This document shows positions 59,743 to 64,000 of a stretch of 64,000 nt of DNA, piece by piece (the stretch's first letter is position 1; each line of letters opens with the position of its first letter). Below the pieces are notes generated by a model, which did not search any database, had not been told where the DNA came from, and worked only from the letters and a program-made list of their open reading frames with translations. The translations under genes and the position numbers were made by a program. Source of the stretch: an uncultured virus (IMG/VR IMGVR_UViG_3300034071_001673) (taxonomy: Duplodnaviria > Heunggongvirae > Uroviricota > Caudoviricetes); the IMG/VR virus record IMGVR_UViG_3300034071_001673, one strand, 5' to 3'.

Positions 59743-59765
59743 TTAACTCTCCAACTGATAGGATT

Positions 59766-59794
59766 ATTATACTAAATTACACAAGCAAAGGCAA
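59766..59794 (-). promoter_or_regulatory. Sigma70-type promoter
   Basis: TTGCCT-N17-TATAAT upstream of the glycine-zipper gene. Confidence 0.6.
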
Positions 59795-60463
59795 GTTATT
59801 CTTGGTTCGATATGCCTCGATGTATTTAAGCAATTCTTGCTTGTGTGATTCTAACTCATCCTCTTTGACCACAAGAGTTTGGCAAAAATTAGCGGTATCA
59901 ACGCCGATGAGGATAATGACTTGCTTGGCATCTAGACCAGTCATCTCGTAGAACATCTGGCGATAGGCAGCGGCTTGCATAAAGTAGTTGCCGATGTTCT
60001 CTTTCTTCTTGAGACGAACTGAAGTCTTAAAGTCGATTACAGAAAGGATCCCGTTATGCTCAGCAATACAGTCTACAGTCCCAGCAAGTTTGAGTTCGTG
60101 AGAGAAAAGGCGATCTTCCAAGCAATGGATGTTATTGACCTTTGCGTCTATTTCTTGCTTCATTCGAACGAAAAGAGACTTGACGTTCGGTAACATTTCG
60201 AGAGAGGAGATGTCCTCATTCTTAAGATACATCTCGAGTGCTTTGTGGACGCTAGTCCCTCGAGTGGTTGCTTTGCGAGAGACTTCGTTTGCTTTGGCTT
60301 CACCGACTCTCTTGCGCCATTCTAGAATTGCTTCTTTCCCATAATCAGAAAGAACTGTGGTGACAGACGGATACCTCTCACCAGTCGGAGTGACGTAACA
60401 GCGAGTGCCGTCGACGTTCTCTTGCAAGAGTTTGGGGAAATCATGGTGTATATGGTTAAACAT
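59777..60463 (-). CDS. PD-(D/E)XK exonuclease
   Basis: YPSVTTVL, RGT.VH, AGTVDC, IDFKTS and Q..AY motifs. Confidence 0.85.
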   Translation of the reverse strand: MFNHIHHDFPKLLQENVDGTRCYVTPTGERYPSVTTVLSDYGKEAILEWRKRVGEAKANEVSRKATTRGTSVHKALEMYLKNEDISSLEMLPNVKSLFVRMKQEIDAKVNNIHCLEDRLFSHELKLAGTVDCIAEHNGILSVIDFKTSVRLKKKENIGNYFMQAAAYRQMFYEMTGLDAKQVIILIGVDTANFCQTLVVKEDELESHKQELLKYIEAYRTKNNLPLLV

Positions 60464-60496
60464 TATAAAGTATCTCTATCATGACCGACATAGTCT

Positions 60497-60525
60497 ATTG
60501 TATAACAAAGTCAAGTAAAAGTCAA
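60497..60525 (-). promoter_or_regulatory. Sigma70-type promoter
   Basis: TTGACT-N17-TACAAT upstream of the exonuclease. Confidence 0.65.
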
Positions 60526-61277
60526 GTATTTTCTTGCTTTTCATATTTCTCAACAGCAATCAAGAAGTCTTTGACAAGACTACTGCGAACGATATCTTCT
60601 GTTGTGAATTCGATATTCGTAAACGAGTTCATAGTCTTGGCAACTTCGTGGAACTTTCGAAGTCCACTCTTGTCTTTGGTATTGCGATAAAGATCTGTTT
60701 GTTTGTAATCACCACAGAAGATAATCTTCGAACGATGACCAACTCGAGTCATAATTGTCGTCAATTCTTCCCAAGTCATATTCTGACATTCGTCGACGAT
60801 GATGACAGCATCATCGAAACTCATACCGCGAATGAAACTAGTAGAGATGAATTCAATACGACCACATTCTTTCATTGCGTCATATGCATCACGACGACCG
60901 AACAACGTATGACAGATCTGCATATAAGGTTGTTCATACAGACTCATCTTTTCTTCTACGGATCCTGGAGTAAAACCAAGATCACGAGACTGAACAGCAG
61001 AACGTACAATCACGATGCGATGAAATGGTGACGAACGATCGAGGACTTCTTCAATGGCTTTATAACAGGCAATGAATGATTTACCAGTACCTGCTGAACC
61101 ACAGAGCATCGTGAAGTAATCTCCACGAGCATATGCCTCGAAAAACTTTGCTTGATTTGGTGTGAGTGGTTCGAACTTTTTTAATTCCGCTGCTTTGATT
61201 CGCGGCGGTTTCTTCTCAGTAACCTCTGAAGTGATTTCTATGTAACTGTTTGAGTTTCCATTTTTCTTCTTAGACAA
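60522..61277 (-). CDS. phoH: PhoH-like ATPase
   Basis: GSAGTGKS, LGFTPG, IRGMSFD, DECQN and GDY.Q.DL motifs. Confidence 0.92.
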   Translation of the reverse strand: MSKKKNGNSNSYIEITSEVTEKKPPRIKAAELKKFEPLTPNQAKFFEAYARGDYFTMLCGSAGTGKSFIACYKAIEEVLDRSSPFHRIVIVRSAVQSRDLGFTPGSVEEKMSLYEQPYMQICHTLFGRRDAYDAMKECGRIEFISTSFIRGMSFDDAVIIVDECQNMTWEELTTIMTRVGHRSKIIFCGDYKQTDLYRNTKDKSGLRKFHEVAKTMNSFTNIEFTTEDIVRSSLVKDFLIAVEKYEKQENT

Positions 61278-61279
61278 AA

Positions 61280-61591
61280 TTATCCCCCCAATACTTTATG
61301 TTTCTTTAGAACCTGCTCTGTCTTAATTTGTTTTGTTTTCTTCTTCAAAACTTTATCTGCAAGTGGGCTGATTGGATTCTGTTCAGCAATTTTGTGCATG
61401 ACTTCTTTCCAAGTATTATCTGTTTTCTTTCCAGCCATATCACCAGTGCCACTGTAACTGAATAGTGGTGCTTCACTGTAATATCTTTCTAGGTGCGGAT
61501 TCTCTGCCTTGAATGAATCATAGGCAGTAATTGACATCGTATGTTCTTCGATCGCTTTTGTTTTCGTATTCAAAAACTCATAAATTGGCAT
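61280..61591 (-). CDS. Hypothetical protein (FmdB-like N-terminus)
   Basis: MPIYEF...W.EV..KI pattern, commonly next to phoH in T4-like phages. Confidence 0.55.
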   Translation of the reverse strand: MPIYEFLNTKTKAIEEHTMSITAYDSFKAENPHLERYYSEAPLFSYSGTGDMAGKKTDNTWKEVMHKIAEQNPISPLADKVLKKKTKQIKTEQVLKKHKVLGG

Positions 61592-61594
61592 AAC

Positions 61595-62209
61595 TCACCC
61601 ACTATATCTTTTTGACTTCCCATCTGGCTTGACATGATGAGCAACAAACTTCACGTTTGGAAATTCATTCTTAAGAGCAAGAAAATGGTTTAAATTTTCT
61701 TCGCTGTCATCATGAAGGCTTACATGAGTAAAGTCTCCGTTTGACAATTGATTTCGAATAATATCTGTTTTCTTTTGCGCAACTGTTCCTTCGCCTTTGT
61801 TGCCTGCGCGATAGACATGAATGTTATCGATGTCTACCTTTTGTTTTCTAAAGGCATCTAGGAAACGATCTTTGTCATCGAAGTCTGCTCGAGCGGTGTT
61901 AATAATCACTTTGCCGCCAGTTTCTTTCGTGCGATCATGGAGGCGACGCATCTTTTCGAGCATGCGCTGATTCGGTTTCGATTCAGTATCGAACTTCTCT
62001 GCAGAACGAAACTCCGAGTAATCGTACTGGTGACCTGGAGGAAGTTTGTGTGTGTTATATTCGGAGTTTGAGAGAGACTGAACGACCTTATTGTCCTTCA
62101 TTACGCGAATCTTTGCTGTGGTGTGAAACAGCGTATCGTCCACGTCAAAGACATGGAGTCCGCGACCTTGACTTTTCTCTTCCAGTAAAAAGGTATAAAA
62201 ATCTAGCAT
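61595..62209 (-). CDS. HAD-superfamily protein, probably head-packaged
   Basis: FDVDDTLF, NTAR and HDDS..NL motifs. Start revised to MLDFYTFLLEE. Confidence 0.65.
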   Translation of the reverse strand: MLDFYTFLLEEKSQGRGLHVFDVDDTLFHTTAKIRVMKDNKVVQSLSNSEYNTHKLPPGHQYDYSEFRSAEKFDTESKPNQRMLEKMRRLHDRTKETGGKVIINTARADFDDKDRFLDAFRKQKVDIDNIHVYRAGNKGEGTVAQKKTDIIRNQLSNGDFTHVSLHDDSEENLNHFLALKNEFPNVKFVAHHVKPDGKSKRYSG

Positions 62210-62213
62210 ACCT

Positions 62214-62762
62214 TTATTTATACCAGGAAGGCACCTCACGATTCGTCCATCGAGCAAAACGTTTCTTGTAGACTCGATAATAGTTATGATAAGCAGCGAT
62301 CGAGTTCCCAGGAACCTTCACATCCTCTGGCATGGCTTGCGGAGGCTCAGAGAATATACCCGTTCGAGGAATATTGTCAGGAGCGAAACTGAGTTTCTGA
62401 ATGACCAACGACGACTTGTGCTGCTTATCATTCGCGCCGCCATAGCGGTGGCGATATTCCTGACAGAGTTCAGAAGCCATATTCCAGAGCCACTGGTAGT
62501 GATCGAAAGACTCACGAACCCAAATAGCAGAAGGATGATTCCAACTCACTGCATGATACATCGTATCTTCGCGATACTGATCTAACTTCCAGCGATGAAT
62601 CTTGCGATTGTTTTTGCTTTTGTCGAAATAATGATTGCCATCTAGAATACGATGTGCTGTTGAAAGCAATTGCGCATACTCAACAATCATCTTGACAACA
62701 TGTTTGTCGCAATGATGTTGCGCGCAGGTTTTATGATCCGTATCCAGGTAGAAGATGTTCAT
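62214..62762 (-). CDS. Pyrimidine-dimer DNA glycosylase (DenV-like family)
   Basis: MNIFYLD, DKHVVKMIVEYAQLLSTAH, NHPSAIWVRES and PQAMP motifs. Confidence 0.7.
   Translation of the reverse strand: MNIFYLDTDHKTCAQHHCDKHVVKMIVEYAQLLSTAHRILDGNHYFDKSKNNRKIHRWKLDQYREDTMYHAVSWNHPSAIWVRESFDHYQWLWNMASELCQEYRHRYGGANDKQHKSSLVIQKLSFAPDNIPRTGIFSEPPQAMPEDVKVPGNSIAAYHNYYRVYKKRFARWTNREVPSWYK
62215..62222 (-). promoter_or_regulatory. T4 late promoter TATAAATA
   Basis: Exact consensus 5 nt before the ATG at 62209. Confidence 0.7.
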
Positions 62763-62994
62763 GTGGCACCTCTAAAGTTCTATCTTTATCTTCCCAATAT
62801 TCTTCAATTGCACGTTTGGCGTATTCAAGTTCAACGTACTGACCAAGGATCAATTCCTCAGCAGCATTGATTGGAATCTTGGCACCCCAAACAATCGTAT
62901 GAACAACATTGTACGCATGACCTACAATTAATCCATTATGCGATTGATGATAGTAATGATTGTTTTTATCGGCAAGACGCCATTGACGTTTCAT
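62731..62994 (-). CDS. Hypothetical protein
   Basis: MKRQWRLAD... start coupled by TAATG. Confidence 0.55.
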   Translation of the reverse strand: MKRQWRLADKNNHYYHQSHNGLIVGHAYNVVHTIVWGAKIPINAAEELILGQYVELEYAKRAIEEYWEDKDRTLEVPHEHLLPGYGS

Positions 62995-63197
62995 TATTTG
63001 ACTCGAGTGATTAATGCACCACACTTATTTGTGTAGATGCTTGGTGAGATTTTGTTGATTCTAAATTTTCTATTGGTCATGTGATGGGCGATAGAACGAA
63101 TCGTGCTCAAATGATTTTGTAACGTTAAGTTAGATTTTCGATTGATAAAGGTTTGTTGTTTTGGTTCTAACGACATTATGATCTTTGTGATGTTCAT
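62994..63197 (-). CDS. Hypothetical protein (67 aa)
   Basis: Fills the operon gap, coupled at both ends. Confidence 0.45.
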   Translation of the reverse strand: MNITKIIMSLEPKQQTFINRKSNLTLQNHLSTIRSIAHHMTNRKFRINKISPSIYTNKCGALITRVK

Positions 63198-63724
63198 TAG
63201 TTTGTACTCAATACTCTTTTAACACGACCGTTGACTTTGTAAACCAGACGGCAGCGATTTTCTGAACGAGAGTCGTTGGAAAGGAAATTATCGAACATGG
63301 ACTCAGCAACACTTTCGTTGTTTGATCCAGGACCATCGATCCAACTACCATGACGACGATATTGTATCACATATGAACCATAACCATCACTGGAGTAAGA
63401 AGATGAACCACCACCTTTCGAAAAGGCACCAAACAATCCTTGCAAAAATGCTCGTTGATGTTCGGGATTAGACCAGTCCATTTTACGAAATGCAATAATG
63501 ATTAATGCAAGAACATTAATCGCAACAAAGCAGAACGCAAAGATTAATGATAGTGCAAATCCGAGACTGAATAATTCACTACCACTCTCATCGGCAAGAC
63601 TTAAAAATGCACCAAACAATCCAATTGGAACATATAGAAACAAACTATACTTTCCGACTTTGTCACCCCAGAACATTTTAGTCAACCACCAAGCAAGAGT
63701 GATTGTAATGATGAAAATGATCAT
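63197..63724 (-). CDS. Hypothetical membrane protein
   Basis: About 3 hydrophobic segments in the N-terminal half. Confidence 0.55.
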   Translation of the reverse strand: MIIFIITITLAWWLTKMFWGDKVGKYSLFLYVPIGLFGAFLSLADESGSELFSLGFALSLIFAFCFVAINVLALIIIAFRKMDWSNPEHQRAFLQGLFGAFSKGGGSSSYSSDGYGSYVIQYRRHGSWIDGPGSNNESVAESMFDNFLSNDSRSENRCRLVYKVNGRVKRVLSTN

Positions 63725-63975
63725 CAGTTCAATCTTCCTGAACTTCCATATTCTGTAAAAGACTTGATCTTATCTCGATTGTCAGAGATTTCATTGATCA
63801 TTGTATCATAATCTTCAGCATTCAATGAAGTCTTGTAGATCATGAATGCTAACTTGGTCATCACAGCAGCACAGGCAAATGGATTGATGCCTTCTTCTGC
63901 GAATCTTCGAGTCAACTCGCCATATGACATTTCAATAGCAAGCAACTCATCATCACTAGTCGTAATTTTGCTCAT
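63724..63975 (-). CDS. Hypothetical protein (83 aa)
   Basis: ORF with AGGTG RBS. Confidence 0.55.
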   Translation of the reverse strand: MSKITTSDDELLAIEMSYGELTRRFAEEGINPFACAAVMTKLAFMIYKTSLNAEDYDTMINEISDNRDKIKSFTEYGSSGRLN

Positions 63976-64000
63976 ATTTCACCTGTAGAAAAAAGTGGGG

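Noticed and set aside
1..64000. Stop-codon recoding, introns or inteins
   Set aside because: Core genes are full length and tightly packed in the standard code, and no intein or homing-endonuclease motifs were recognised.

Overview
A 64-kb segment of a large T4-like (Tevenvirinae/Kyanoviridae-style) myophage genome, mostly on the minus strand. Nt 1-28.8k is an adsorption region with five glycine-rich gp38-like adhesins in repeated anchor/adaptor/adhesin cassettes, a 2470-aa heptad-repeat fibre with cupredoxin-like domains, and a Pro/Tyr/Thr-rich mirror-symmetric repeat protein. That protein is followed by a 2OG-Fe(II) hydroxylase, two paralogues of unknown function and a Gnt1/GT60-like GlcNAc transferase. 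Nt 28.8-53.7k is the baseplate module (split DUF4815/VrlC-like, gp8, 7, 6, 25, 5, 27-like, 53, 48, 4, 2, 54, 26, 51, tape-measure-position protein). Nt 53.7-64k holds gp32, 59, 33, guaC, a SleB-type hydrolase, a permuted two-piece tmRNA, an OxyR-box/ahpC/EF-hand/ahpD/CDGSH-like cluster, an exonuclease, phoH, a DenV-like glycosylase and small genes. The best leads are (1) TonB-box-like repeats shared by gp48, gp54 and the tape-measure-position protein, (2) a candidate hydroxyproline O-glycosylation pathway beside its likely substrate, (3) the permuted tmRNA, (4) a probable -1 frameshift fusing gp26 to gp51, and (5) the OxyR site upstream of phage ahpC. All family calls come from motif recognition and synteny, not database searches.
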